A stretch of 38,542 bases of DNA, taken from the NCBI GenBank assembly GCA_036555955.1, contig DATBKH010000149.1, forward strand, positions 1-38,542, written 5' to 3'. The stretch comes from Candidatus Limnocylindria bacterium (GTDB lineage: Bacteria > Chloroflexota > Limnocylindria > P2-11E). Position numbers and translations under genes: made by a program. Position 1 is the first letter of the stretch. Each line of letters begins with the position of its first letter. The notes under the pieces were generated by a model. The model saw only the letters and a program-made list of their open reading frames with translations, was not told where the DNA came from and did not search any database. Positions 1 to 8,063 of the stretch are shown one piece after another.

Positions 1-1
1 C

Positions 2-1282
2 CGGGTCGGCGGCATCTGCGTCACGGTGGGATGCATCCCGTCGAAAGCGCTCCTCGATTCCAGTCACGCGTACTGGGTCGCGACCCACGGCGAGGAGCAC
101 GGCATCGTCCTCGAGGGCGCGCGCTTCGACCTCGCGAAGGCGGTGGCGCGCAAGGATCGCGTCGTAGCCCAGCTCGTGTCGGGGACGGAGGCGCTTCTCA
201 AGGGACGCAAGGTCGATCTCATCAAGGCCGAAGGAACGCTCGTCTCGCCGACGCAGATCCGGGCCGGCACGCAGAACGTCGACGCGAAGGCGGTCATCGT
301 CGCGACCGGATCGAAGGTCGGGATGCCGCCCATCAAGGGCCTCGCCGAGGCCAAGCCCCTGGACAACGTCAGCGCGCTCGCGCTGACGAAGCCGCCGAAG
401 CGCCTCGTGGTCATCGGCGCGGGCGCGATCGGCCTCGAGCTGGGCACCTTCTTCGCCGAGGTCGGCACGGAGGTGACGATCCTCGAGCTCCTGCCGCAGC
501 CGATCGCGTACATGGACGCGGAGGTGGTACGCGTCCTGGTCCGCACCCTGGAGTCGCGCGGCGTGAAGCTCCGGACGAACGCGAAGGTCGGCGAGGTCGC
601 GCGCAAGGCGAGCGGCGTGACCGTGACGGCCGACGTGGAAGGCAAGATGGAGACCTTCGAAGGCGACGAGATCCTTCTCGGAGCGGGTCGCGTCGCGAAC
701 CTTTCCGGGGTCGAGCAGGCCGGCCTCGCCACGAACCGCCTCGGGATCACCGTCGACGAGCGCATGCGCACGAACGTCCCGAATGTGTGGGCCATCGGAG
801 ACTGCATCGGCGACCCCCGCGCCGCGAAGCTCGCGCACGTCGCGTCGACGCAGGGCGAGGTCGCCGTCGACACCATCCTCGGCGAGCAGGCGACGATGGA
901 CTACGACGTCGTACCGAACGTGGTCTACACGCACCCCGAGGTCGCGCAGGTGGGACTCACCGAAGCGCAGGCGAAGGAGCGCTTCGGGGCCGACGTGAAG
1001 GTCGCGCGCTACAACTTTCGCGCTTCAGGACGCGCGCTCGCGCTCGCCGAGTCGGACGGCCTGACGAAGATCGTCACCGCCGGCAAGTCGCAGCGGATCG
1101 TGGGCGTCCACATCGTCGGGCCGCAGGCCAGCGAGCTCATCGCCGAGGCGACGCTGGCGATGCGCCTCGAGGCGACGGTCGAGGACGTCGTGGCGACGAT
1201 CCATGCGCACCCGACGCTCGCGGAGACGTTCCGCGAGGCCGCGCTCTCGGCGGTCGGCAGGCCGATCCACTCGCCGCGCTAG
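2..1282 (+). CDS. lpdA: Dihydrolipoyl dehydrogenase (E3), 5'-truncated by the window edge
   Basis: The frame is open to position 2 (RVGGICVTVGCIPSKALL, the redox-active CxxxxC of class I pyridine-nucleotide disulfide oxidoreductases). It has a second Rossmann motif (VVIGAGAIGLE) and a C-terminal HAHPTLAE motif. Stop is TAG at 1280-1282. Confidence 0.9.
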   Translation, partial: RVGGICVTVGCIPSKALLDSSHAYWVATHGEEHGIVLEGARFDLAKAVARKDRVVAQLVSGTEALLKGRKVDLIKAEGTLVSPTQIRAGTQNVDAKAVIVATGSKVGMPPIKGLAEAKPLDNVSALALTKPPKRLVVIGAGAIGLELGTFFAEVGTEVTILELLPQPIAYMDAEVVRVLVRTLESRGVKLRTNAKVGEVARKASGVTVTADVEGKMETFEGDEILLGAGRVANLSGVEQAGLATNRLGITVDERMRTNVPNVWAIGDCIGDPRAAKLAHVASTQGEVAVDTILGEQATMDYDVVPNVVYTHPEVAQVGLTEAQAKERFGADVKVARYNFRASGRALALAESDGLTKIVTAGKSQRIVGVHIVGPQASELIAEATLAMRLEATVEDVVATIHAHPTLAETFREAALSAVGRPIHSPR

Positions 1283-1890
1283 CTGCTTCGGAACCGAACG
1301 TCGATGAGGCCGTCGCGGGCTGATTCCCTGAGCTCGACGGCCGGCGCGCCTCGCTCGCGCAGCGCGGCGTAGCCCCACTCGGCGTCGGTCGGCTCCTTGG
1401 TGCCGACGACGACCGTAGCGATGCCCGTCGCGCCGTTCGCGTGCTCGCGCGCGGCGCCACCGGGCACCCGAAGATCGCGCGCCGTCAGGTCCTCGATGAG
1501 GAACGGCAGCGGTGGCTTCAGGATCGCCGTGCGCCAGCGCAGCTCGACGCCGTCCGGACGCAGCCGCCCTCCCGGCAAGGGCTGACCCGATACGAGCGCT
1601 CCGAGCGCCGCGGTGTCGGACGCGAGGTCGTCCGACAGAAGCGCGAAGTCGGCGATGCCGCCGCCGCCCGCGGCGATGTTCCACCAGCGATGCGTCAGCG
1701 ACCGGTCGAGATCACGGAAGGCGACGAGCTCGAGGTAGCTCCCGTCGGCAAACGGGATCAGCGCGTTTTGGGTGAGGCGGTCGGCGTGATCACCGCCTGC
1801 GGTCACGGTGAAGCCGCGCCGCTGATGATCCTCGATCGCCGCGCGGAGATCCCGGACCACGTACACCACATGGTCCAGCTGACGGAGCAT
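1279..1890 (-). CDS. VOC / glyoxalase-like domain protein
   Basis: Track ORF 1279..1923. The part above 1893 is tRNA sequence, so the first usable start is ATG 1890 (MLRQLDHVVYVVRDL...). The N-terminus and ~200-aa length fit glyoxalase-like (VOC) proteins. GC3 is high. The start is only 3 nt from the tRNA 3' end. Confidence 0.75.
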   Translation of the reverse strand: MLRQLDHVVYVVRDLRAAIEDHQRRGFTVTAGGDHADRLTQNALIPFADGSYLELVAFRDLDRSLTHRWWNIAAGGGGIADFALLSDDLASDTAALGALVSGQPLPGGRLRPDGVELRWRTAILKPPLPFLIEDLTARDLRVPGGAAREHANGATGIATVVVGTKEPTDAEWGYAALRERGAPAVELRESARDGLIDVRFRSS

Positions 1891-1893
1891 CGG

Positions 1894-1967
1894 CGGGCCG
1901 TGCGAGATTCGGACTCGCGACAACCCGCTTAGAAGGCGGGTGCTCTAATCCACTGAGCTAACGGCCC
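1894..1967 (-). tRNA. tRNA-Arg (anticodon TCT), CCA not encoded
   Basis: Hand-folded cloverleaf on the minus strand: acceptor GGGCCGT/ACGGCCC, D arm GCTC-AGTGGATTA-GAGC, anticodon arm CCCGC-CTTCTAA-GCGGG (TCT), variable TTGTC, T arm GCGAG-TCCGAAT-CTCGC, discriminator G. Length is 74 nt. Confidence 0.9.
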
Positions 1968-1999
1968 TCGCACGCTCAATTATGAGTGCGCGGGGCACG

Positions 2000-3274
2000 C
2001 TACTCGAGACGGATGCGTGTCCCCGGGACGTCCAGCATGACGAGCTGAGCGCCTTCGATCGACGGGTCGACATCGAAGACCAGCGGGACCACGACCTGAC
2101 GTCCCACCGGGAACTCTCTCGGCCAGAGGTACGGCGAGTCGAGGTTGGTGTCGCTCGAATACACGCCGCTCGCGCTCGACTGCGCGACGTACTGCTGGCC
2201 GTTCGGGGTCGCGAGCGCGAAGTTGCCGGGCTGAAGCTGCGCCCCGCTCTTCGATCTGTTCGTCACGCCCATCTGCACGACGTAATAGATCCCACGCGCC
2301 TGCGCCTGGCCGAGCCGCGTCACGCGACGGGTGACTCCGACGGTGTACGTCCACTCCGGTGCGGTGACCGGCGTGGTCACGCTCACCGTCGACCATGTCG
2401 GCCGGCTGCCGTCGAAGAACGACAGCAGCGCGGGCACGCTGAACACGCCGATGAGAACGACGAGCACGGCGATGATCACGAACCGAAGGCGCCACAGCGC
2501 GCCCGCGAACTCGAGGGGATCGCGGACCGACCTCCTGGTCTCGCGGAGGACGGTCGGCGCCGGCTCCGCCCCGATGCGACCGCGGAGTGTGGCGGTCGTG
2601 GTCTCCGGCGCCGCGGGCCGCGGCAGCGTCGCGACCGCGACCGGCGCCTCTTGCCGCGAAGGCTTCGACGCCGCCACCGGCGGGGCCGGCGGCCGGGCGA
2701 CCTTCGGCGCGGGTGGGGCGGCGGCGGGGATGTGGACCGGCGCGGTGCGCGCCGGCGGCGGACGGACGCCGAATCGCGGGACGTGCGGGTGGTACGCGGT
2801 GGACCGGGTCCGGAAGGCGATGTCGCCGCGGGCGATGCCGACGAACGCGCTCCCGCCGGCGCCGGTGAGCTTCCATCGTGTGCTGCTCAGCGCGTCCCGT
2901 GTCGCGAGCTGATCCCCGTCCGCTTCGACGCCGCGCTCGCCGATCACGACCACCGCATACGGCCCGAGCTCGGGAAGCGGATCGCGCGCGGCCTCGCCGA
3001 ACGAGACGAAGCGCAGATAGACCCCTTCGGGCGCACCGACTCGCAGATCGGGTCGTCTCGCGCCGCCCGGCTCCTCGCCGAGCGCGCGCTGCAGCTCGCG
3101 CTCGGCTTCGATCCACTGGGCGCCGCCGAAGTGGTCGGCGTGGCGCACCTCGCGGCGCTCGGCGATGAGCGAGCGGTCCCGCACCACGAGATGCTCGAGC
3201 GGCCCGACCGGAGGTAGCTCCTTCTCGAACGGCTCGCCTTCGGTGAAGAACGTGACGTACAGGCCCGGTTCCAC
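2000..3274 (-). CDS. Membrane-anchored hypothetical protein with a Pro/Ala-rich linker and a DUF4352-like extracytoplasmic beta-sandwich C-terminus
   Basis: 424-aa ORF with a GTG start. It has an N-terminal soluble domain of ~150 aa, a PPPARTAPVHIPAAAPPAPK linker, one TM helix (FVIIAVLVVLIGVFSVPALL), and a C-terminal domain (YYVVQMGVTNRSKSG...VVVPLVFDV) resembling DUF4352. GC3 is high. Confidence 0.7.
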   Translation of the reverse strand: MEPGLYVTFFTEGEPFEKELPPVGPLEHLVVRDRSLIAERREVRHADHFGGAQWIEAERELQRALGEEPGGARRPDLRVGAPEGVYLRFVSFGEAARDPLPELGPYAVVVIGERGVEADGDQLATRDALSSTRWKLTGAGGSAFVGIARGDIAFRTRSTAYHPHVPRFGVRPPPARTAPVHIPAAAPPAPKVARPPAPPVAASKPSRQEAPVAVATLPRPAAPETTTATLRGRIGAEPAPTVLRETRRSVRDPLEFAGALWRLRFVIIAVLVVLIGVFSVPALLSFFDGSRPTWSTVSVTTPVTAPEWTYTVGVTRRVTRLGQAQARGIYYVVQMGVTNRSKSGAQLQPGNFALATPNGQQYVAQSSASGVYSSDTNLDSPYLWPREFPVGRQVVVPLVFDVDPSIEGAQLVMLDVPGTRIRLE

Positions 3275-3304
3275 GGGGTCTGAGCCTAGGGCGACCGCCC
3301 GTAT

Positions 3305-3688
3305 CTAATCGATGACCGCCTCGGCTTCGATCTCCACCTTCCACCGGGGGTCGAGCATGCCCGTGATGACGACCATCGTGGCGGCCGGGCGGACCTCCCC
3401 GAAGACGGCGCCATGCGCGCGCCCGACGGCGTCGGCGTAGGCGGGATCGGTAATGAACATGCGCGTGCGGACGACCTCCTTCGCTGATGCTCCTGCGGCG
3501 GCGAGGGCCGTGAGGATGATCTCGATGCACCGCCGCGCTTGCGCCTCTGGGTCGGGATCGCACGAACCGTCCGGCCAGATCGGCGCCGTTCCAGAGACGT
3601 AGACGCTCCGCCCCACGCGGACCGCGCGACTGAAGCCGATCGTTCGCTCGAACGGCGAGCCCGATGCGACCCGCTGCCGATCGCTCAT
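3305..3688 (-). CDS. RidA / YjgF / UK114 family protein
   Basis: 127 aa. VYVSGT...PD motif, RTRMFITD and a C-terminal VEIEAEAV are typical of the RidA (endoribonuclease L-PSP) family. Confidence 0.85.
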   Translation of the reverse strand: MSDRQRVASGSPFERTIGFSRAVRVGRSVYVSGTAPIWPDGSCDPDPEAQARRCIEIILTALAAAGASAKEVVRTRMFITDPAYADAVGRAHGAVFGEVRPAATMVVITGMLDPRWKVEIEAEAVID

Positions 3689-3709
3689 GCGGAATAGAGT
3701 GGGTGAGCG

Positions 3710-4480
3710 GTGGCGAACGAGGCGTTCATCGACGAGCTGTGGCGAATGTCACGCGAGCTCTTCATGCCGGACCATCCGTGGTTCAAGGGCATCGTCGAGC
3801 ATCGCTGGACGCGCGAGCAGATCGTCCTCGGCGAGATCCAGCACTACCTGCGCGTCCGCACGAACCCCATCTTCTTCGGCTACATCGTCACGAACGTCGC
3901 GAGCGAGCGCAACTACGCGCTCATGGACATCGTGATGGAGAACTTCATGGAGGAGCTCGGAGGCGAGAAGACGCACGTCGACATCATGCTGCAGATGCTC
4001 GACGAGGCCGGCATCAGCCGCGACGCCGCGGACAAAGCCGATCCCGCGCCGGGCACCCTCGCGGCGATCGAGATGATCCGGTCGGGCTGCCAGAATCGCT
4101 CCGCGCTCGAGGGCGTCGCGCTCCTATCCTTCGTCGAGGCGATGCACGGCGGTCCGGACGGTGCCGCCGCGCGCGTGTACAAGGAGCTCACCGGCCATTA
4201 CGGCTTCTCGCCGCGCGCGGCCGCGACCTACGAGCTTCACGCGGAACAGGACACCGGGCACGGCGACCGGCAGATCGAGGCGATCCGCCGGTACGCCAGC
4301 GACGACGCGACTCGCGAGCGCTGCCGCCGTGCGGTGTACCTGGGCTTGAACGCCTTCAACTTCGAATGGGACGGGCACGTCCAAGCGATGACCGGCGAGC
4401 GGAACGCGTACTGGGCAGGCAGGACCGGAAAGCTGGAGCTGCGCCATCCAGAGGTCAAGCTGCCGTCGCGCGTCGGCTAG
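3710..4480 (+). CDS. TenA/PqqC-like (haem-oxygenase-like fold) iron-containing redox enzyme family protein
   Basis: 256 aa with a GTG start. All-helical sequence with HPWFKGI...W..EQI..GEIQHY and later E..H...H motifs typical of the PqqC/TenA superfamily. It is only 21 nt from the divergent RidA start. Confidence 0.7.
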   Translation: MANEAFIDELWRMSRELFMPDHPWFKGIVEHRWTREQIVLGEIQHYLRVRTNPIFFGYIVTNVASERNYALMDIVMENFMEELGGEKTHVDIMLQMLDEAGISRDAADKADPAPGTLAAIEMIRSGCQNRSALEGVALLSFVEAMHGGPDGAAARVYKELTGHYGFSPRAAATYELHAEQDTGHGDRQIEAIRRYASDDATRERCRRAVYLGLNAFNFEWDGHVQAMTGERNAYWAGRTGKLELRHPEVKLPSRVG

Positions 4481-4608
4481 ATCGGCCACTCCTTCGGGAG
4501 CGCAGCGCGCAGCTTCTGATACTCAGGGTCGTCGGCGTACTTTCGCTTGAACGAGCGAAGGCGCTGAAGCAGGTCTTCCTCGTCGACCTCGAGCACGTTG
4601 GAGACCAT
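4477..4608 (-). CDS. Hypothetical 43-aa protein (below the ORF-track cut-off)
   Basis: ATG 4608 to TAG 4477-4479: MVSNVLEVDEEDLLQRLRSFKRKYADDPEYQKLRAALPKEWPI. GC3 is high and the composition is not low-complexity. Its stop shares CTAG with the convergent PqqC-like gene. No clear SD. Confidence 0.35.
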   Translation of the reverse strand: MVSNVLEVDEEDLLQRLRSFKRKYADDPEYQKLRAALPKEWPI

Positions 4609-4819
4609 ACCCGTGGTCTCTTCGAAGCCCAGGCTTCAGTTGCCTCGTCAGCCGCGCATGCGCTGCAGGACGTTGCGGTCGCTGTCGTTCATCGCGCTGA
4701 GATTAGTCCCGCCGGATCTCCAGCTCGGCGCGTGCGGTCCCGTGCACTCCGCGGAGGGAGGCGGGCTGGTTCCGCATCCGGAGGCGCTCGACCTCGATCG
4801 CGGTCCGCCCCCGGTGCCA

Positions 4820-5209
4820 CTACGACGGACCTCGGATCTTCTGCGTGGTCGTGACCACCTCCGGTCCGGCGATCGGTTCGGCGTGCGGCCCGGCGGTCAC
4901 GCGGACGCGTGCCATGACGCGCCAGGCACGTCCGTCATCGACGTGCACGATGAGGAAGGGATTCTCGACGACGGTCCCCGAGGGCTCGCTGAACCGAACG
5001 GGAAGACTGACCTCCGCGCTCGCCCCGGGCGGCAAATCGAGATCGATCCGGCGCTCGCTTGCCCGAAACTGCGAGTGTGGCTGCAGCGCGCTGACCAGAC
5101 GCACCGTCCGGTCTCCTTGGTTGACGATCGGCCAGCGCACGGTCCATGCCCCGGCTTCGCCGCGGGTCTCGAACGGACCGATCCGAAGGCGCGGGGAGTC
5201 GTCGGTCAA
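4820..5209 (-). CDS. Hypothetical 129-aa protein (beta-rich), coupled to the upstream LLM gene
   Basis: This is the C-terminal part of track ORF 4820..5536. The plausible start is TTG 5209, overlapping the LLM stop (TTGA). Translation MTDDSPRLRIGPFETRGEAGAWTVRWPIVNQGDRTVRL... is non-repetitive with high GC3. Confidence 0.55.
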   Translation of the reverse strand: MTDDSPRLRIGPFETRGEAGAWTVRWPIVNQGDRTVRLVSALQPHSQFRASERRIDLDLPPGASAEVSLPVRFSEPSGTVVENPFLIVHVDDGRAWRVMARVRVTAGPHAEPIAGPEVVTTTQKIRGPS

Positions 5210-6087
5210 GCGAACTGCGGCATCACGTCGCGCGCGAACGCGTCGAGCGCATCCCAGTCGTACGGCCCTTCGCGCAGCGCGATGTTCACGCGAAACGCGC
5301 CCGCGTCGACGAACTGGGCGACGACCTCCCGGGCCTCGCGCGGCGTCCCGCGGAGGAACCCGGTCATCCCGCGCGTGTCCTTCGACCAGTGCTTCTGATA
5401 GAGCGCTTCGTGCCGCTTGGCGCCGCTCGCGTCGGCGCCCATGTAGAAGCCGACGTTGATCGTTCGCGCGATCGCGGACGGCTCGCGTCCGATCTTCTCG
5501 CACCACGCATCGAGGACGGCGCTCTTCCGCTTCCACTCGGCCGGCGTCAGGTACGGGGCGTTCCAGCCGTCCGCGTGACGCGCGGCCGTGCGCAGCGTGC
5601 GCTTCTCGCCGGACCCGCCGATCCAGATGGGGAGCCGGGATTGGACCGGCTTCGGGTTGTTCGGGGCGTCTACGAAGCGGTAGTGCGTTCCGCTGAATTC
5701 GGCGCGCCCCCGATCGAATAGCAGCCGCAGGGCGGCCGCATACTCCTCGAGCTGATCTTCGCGTGTGCCGATCGCCGGGAATGGAATGCCGTAAGCGGCG
5801 AACTCGACCTCATCCCAGCCCGCGCCGAGCCCGCAGTCGACGCGTCCCGCGGAGAGGTGATCGATGGTCGTGATCGCCTTCGCGAGCACACCCGGGTGGC
5901 GATAACCGACGCAGAAGACCAGGCAGCCGACGCGGATCCGGGTCGTCTCGAGCGCGACGGCCGATATCGTCGCGAGCGCCTCGAAGCAATCGCCGTCTCC
6001 ACCCTGCGGCGGCGTCTCCTGGAAGTGATCGGACACAGAGAACCAGTCGAACCCGCGTTCGTCCGCGAAGCGCCACAGCCTTCGCAT
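5206..6087 (-). CDS. LLM-class (probably F420-dependent) oxidoreductase; start uncertain
   Basis: GFDWFSVSDHF, TIDHLSAGR and GLGAGW.E.E motifs of luciferase-like monooxygenases. The first canonical start after the lipoprotein stop is ATG 6087, but family-like N-terminal residues (TRFGIHLGHLGG) continue up to 6135 with no ATG/GTG/TTG. An alternative GTG at 6237 would overlap the lipoprotein gene. Confidence 0.85.
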   Translation of the reverse strand: MRRLWRFADERGFDWFSVSDHFQETPPQGGDGDCFEALATISAVALETTRIRVGCLVFCVGYRHPGVLAKAITTIDHLSAGRVDCGLGAGWDEVEFAAYGIPFPAIGTREDQLEEYAAALRLLFDRGRAEFSGTHYRFVDAPNNPKPVQSRLPIWIGGSGEKRTLRTAARHADGWNAPYLTPAEWKRKSAVLDAWCEKIGREPSAIARTINVGFYMGADASGAKRHEALYQKHWSKDTRGMTGFLRGTPREAREVVAQFVDAGAFRVNIALREGPYDWDALDAFARDVMPQFA

Positions 6088-6130
6088 CTCATCGAGCGGA
6101 CCGCCGAGATGGCCGAGGTGTATCCCGAAT

Positions 6131-6325
6131 CTAGTACCCGTAATCCGAGTATGGGTCGCCCGACGGCGAGGGCGACGCGGGGCTGTTCGTCCCGAGCGCC
6201 GGCGCTGCCGTCGTGGGAGCGGCCGTCTGCGCGCCACCGGGCCCGCCACTGCCAGCGCTTCCACAAGCCGCGATCGCGATGGCGCCGAACAGGGTCGCCA
6301 CAAGGAGCGCGCGAACACCGGTCAT
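6131..6325 (-). CDS. Small lipoprotein (64 aa)
   Basis: GGAGGT sits 8 nt upstream of ATG 6325. MTGVRALLVATLFGAIAIAAC|GS is a signal peptide plus lipobox (IAAC). The mature part is Pro/Ala/Ser/Gly-rich. This is the C-terminal part of track ORF 6131..6931. Confidence 0.6.
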   Translation of the reverse strand: MTGVRALLVATLFGAIAIAACGSAGSGGPGGAQTAAPTTAAPALGTNSPASPSPSGDPYSDYGY

Positions 6326-6376
6326 GATCGAAGTACCTCCTGCTACCGTGAGTACGGGCGGAGGGCGGCGACGGAT

Positions 6377-6676
6377 ATGGGTAGTTTCGGTGTCGTTGTC
6401 ATCGTCGTGGTCCTCGCCGCACTCGCGGTGGCGAGCCTGGCGTTTGCCCTTGCGGCGATCCGCGCGGCGCACCGCCCGCGCGCCGCGCTGCCGGCGAACT
6501 GCGGCGACTGCGTGTTCATGATCCCGCGCGCGAAGGTCTACAAGCGCGAGACCCTCGAGGACCTGGACGGGGTGGTCCACTACCTGTGCCAGCAGCGATG
6601 GATCGAGATCACCCCGTATTCGCCGCGTTGCGATCTCGGGAAGAGCAAGACCCGAACGACGACCGTCCCGACCTGA
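6377..6676 (+). CDS. Hypothetical membrane-anchored protein with four Cys (CxxC...C...C)
   Basis: 99 aa, with GGAGGG upstream. N-terminal TM helix (VVVIVVVLAALAVASLAFALAAI), then CGDC...C...C. GC3 is high. Confidence 0.5.
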   Translation: MGSFGVVVIVVVLAALAVASLAFALAAIRAAHRPRAALPANCGDCVFMIPRAKVYKRETLEDLDGVVHYLCQQRWIEITPYSPRCDLGKSKTRTTTVPT

Positions 6677-6692
6677 CGCTAGCCTTCGTCGG

Positions 6693-8063
6693 GTGGCCGG
6701 CACGTTCGACAGGTTCGACGCGCACGTCCGCGCTCGTGAGCGTGAGTACGTCGACGAGCTGAAGCGTCTCATCAGACAGCCGAGCGTCTCGGCGCAGGGC
6801 ATCGGGATCCCCGAGACCGCTGAGATCGTCCTCGATCGCGCGAAGGCTCGTGCGCGGATCTCGGCGACCACGCTCAGGGTCGACGGCGGTCCGCCGACGA
6901 TCGTGGGCGAGACCGGCGCCGGCGAGCGCACGCTCCTCGTCTACAACCACTACGACGTCCAGCCGCCGGACCCGCTCGACGAGTGGGAGACGCCCCCGTT
7001 CGAACCGACGGAGCGCGACGGCTACCTCTACGGGCGGGGAGTGTCGGACAACAAGGGCAATCTTCTCGCCCGCCTTCAGGCGATCGAGGCCTACCGGGCG
7101 ACGGTGGGCGAGCTGCCACTTCGCGTGCGCGTGCTGTACGAGGGGGAGGAGGAGAGCGGTTCCGCGCACCTTGCCGATTTCGTCGCGAAGTACGGTGAGA
7201 GGCTTCGCGCGGACGGCTGCGTGTGGGAGGCCGGCTACAAGGATGCCGCCGGACGGCCGACGATCTCATGCGGCCTGAAGGGCATCGCCTACGTCGAGCT
7301 CAGGGTTCGCGGAGCGGCGAAGGACGCGCACTCCTCGCTCGCGACGATCGTCCCGAATGCCGCGTGGCGGCTCGTATGGGCGCTCGGAACGCTGAAGGAC
7401 CGCGAGGACCGCATCACGATCGACGGCTTCATGGACCTCGTGCGTCCGCCGACGGCCGGCGACCGGGCGCTTCTCGAGCGGCTGCCGTTCGACGAGCAGG
7501 GGATGCTACGGATCCACGGGATCGACCGATTCGTCCGCGGCCTGACGGGGACCGAGCTCAAGCGCAAGCACTTCTTCGAGCCCACCTGCACCATCTGCGG
7601 GATCGTCTCCGGCTACAGCGGCGCCGGATCGAAGACCGTCCTTCCCGCGGTCGCGAGCGCGAAGATCGACTTCCGTCTCGTTCCGGACCTCACCCCCGAA
7701 AAAGTCTCGGCGCTCCTCCGCGCGCATCTGGACCGCCGCGGGTTCTCGGATGTCGAGGTCGTTCCCGGCCACGGTGAGCCGCCCTCGCGCTGGCCGACGG
7801 ACTCGATCGCGGCGAAGGCGGCGGTCGACGCATGCCGGGCGGCATACGGAAGCGATCCGGTGGTGTATCCGCTCATGGCCGGGTCCGGGCCGATGGCGCA
7901 AGTCTGCGATGCGCTCCAGATCCCGGTCGTGGGATTCGGATCCGGGAACGCCGCGTCCGCGAACCATGCGCCAAACGAGAACATCGCGATCGCCGACTAC
8001 ATCGACCACATCCGCGCCTTCGGCCGTTTCCTTCACGCGTTCGCTGGCCGCGCGCTCGATTGA
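6693..8063 (+). CDS. M20 family metallopeptidase (dipeptidase / ArgE-DapE-CPG2-like)
   Basis: 456 aa. YNHYDVQPP, GRGVSDNKG and YEGEEESGS are the metal-binding and catalytic motifs of peptidase family M20. Confidence 0.9.
   Translation: MAGTFDRFDAHVRAREREYVDELKRLIRQPSVSAQGIGIPETAEIVLDRAKARARISATTLRVDGGPPTIVGETGAGERTLLVYNHYDVQPPDPLDEWETPPFEPTERDGYLYGRGVSDNKGNLLARLQAIEAYRATVGELPLRVRVLYEGEEESGSAHLADFVAKYGERLRADGCVWEAGYKDAAGRPTISCGLKGIAYVELRVRGAAKDAHSSLATIVPNAAWRLVWALGTLKDREDRITIDGFMDLVRPPTAGDRALLERLPFDEQGMLRIHGIDRFVRGLTGTELKRKHFFEPTCTICGIVSGYSGAGSKTVLPAVASAKIDFRLVPDLTPEKVSALLRAHLDRRGFSDVEVVPGHGEPPSRWPTDSIAAKAAVDACRAAYGSDPVVYPLMAGSGPMAQVCDALQIPVVGFGSGNAASANHAPNENIAIADYIDHIRAFGRFLHAFAGRALD

Noticed and set aside
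1894-3300. tRNA-Arg as an integration site for a mobile element or genomic island.
   Set aside because: No integrase, excisionase, direct repeat of the tRNA 3' end, or compositional shift is visible on either side. The flanking genes are ordinary housekeeping-type genes.
4477-4608. Idea that the 43-aa ORF next to the PqqC-like gene is a PqqA-like or other RiPP precursor.
   Set aside because: It has no E-x3-Y PqqA motif. The window contains no radical-SAM maturase (PqqE-like), PqqB/D or peptidase partner. The ORF is convergent to the PqqC-like gene, not co-transcribed with it.
4648-4692. 14-codon minus-strand ORF (MNDSDRNVLQRMRG) in the 211-nt spacer upstream of the 43-aa ORF, considered as a possible leader peptide.
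   Set aside because: It is too short to evaluate. There is no SD, no attenuator-like alternative hairpins that I can see, and no enrichment of a regulatory amino acid.
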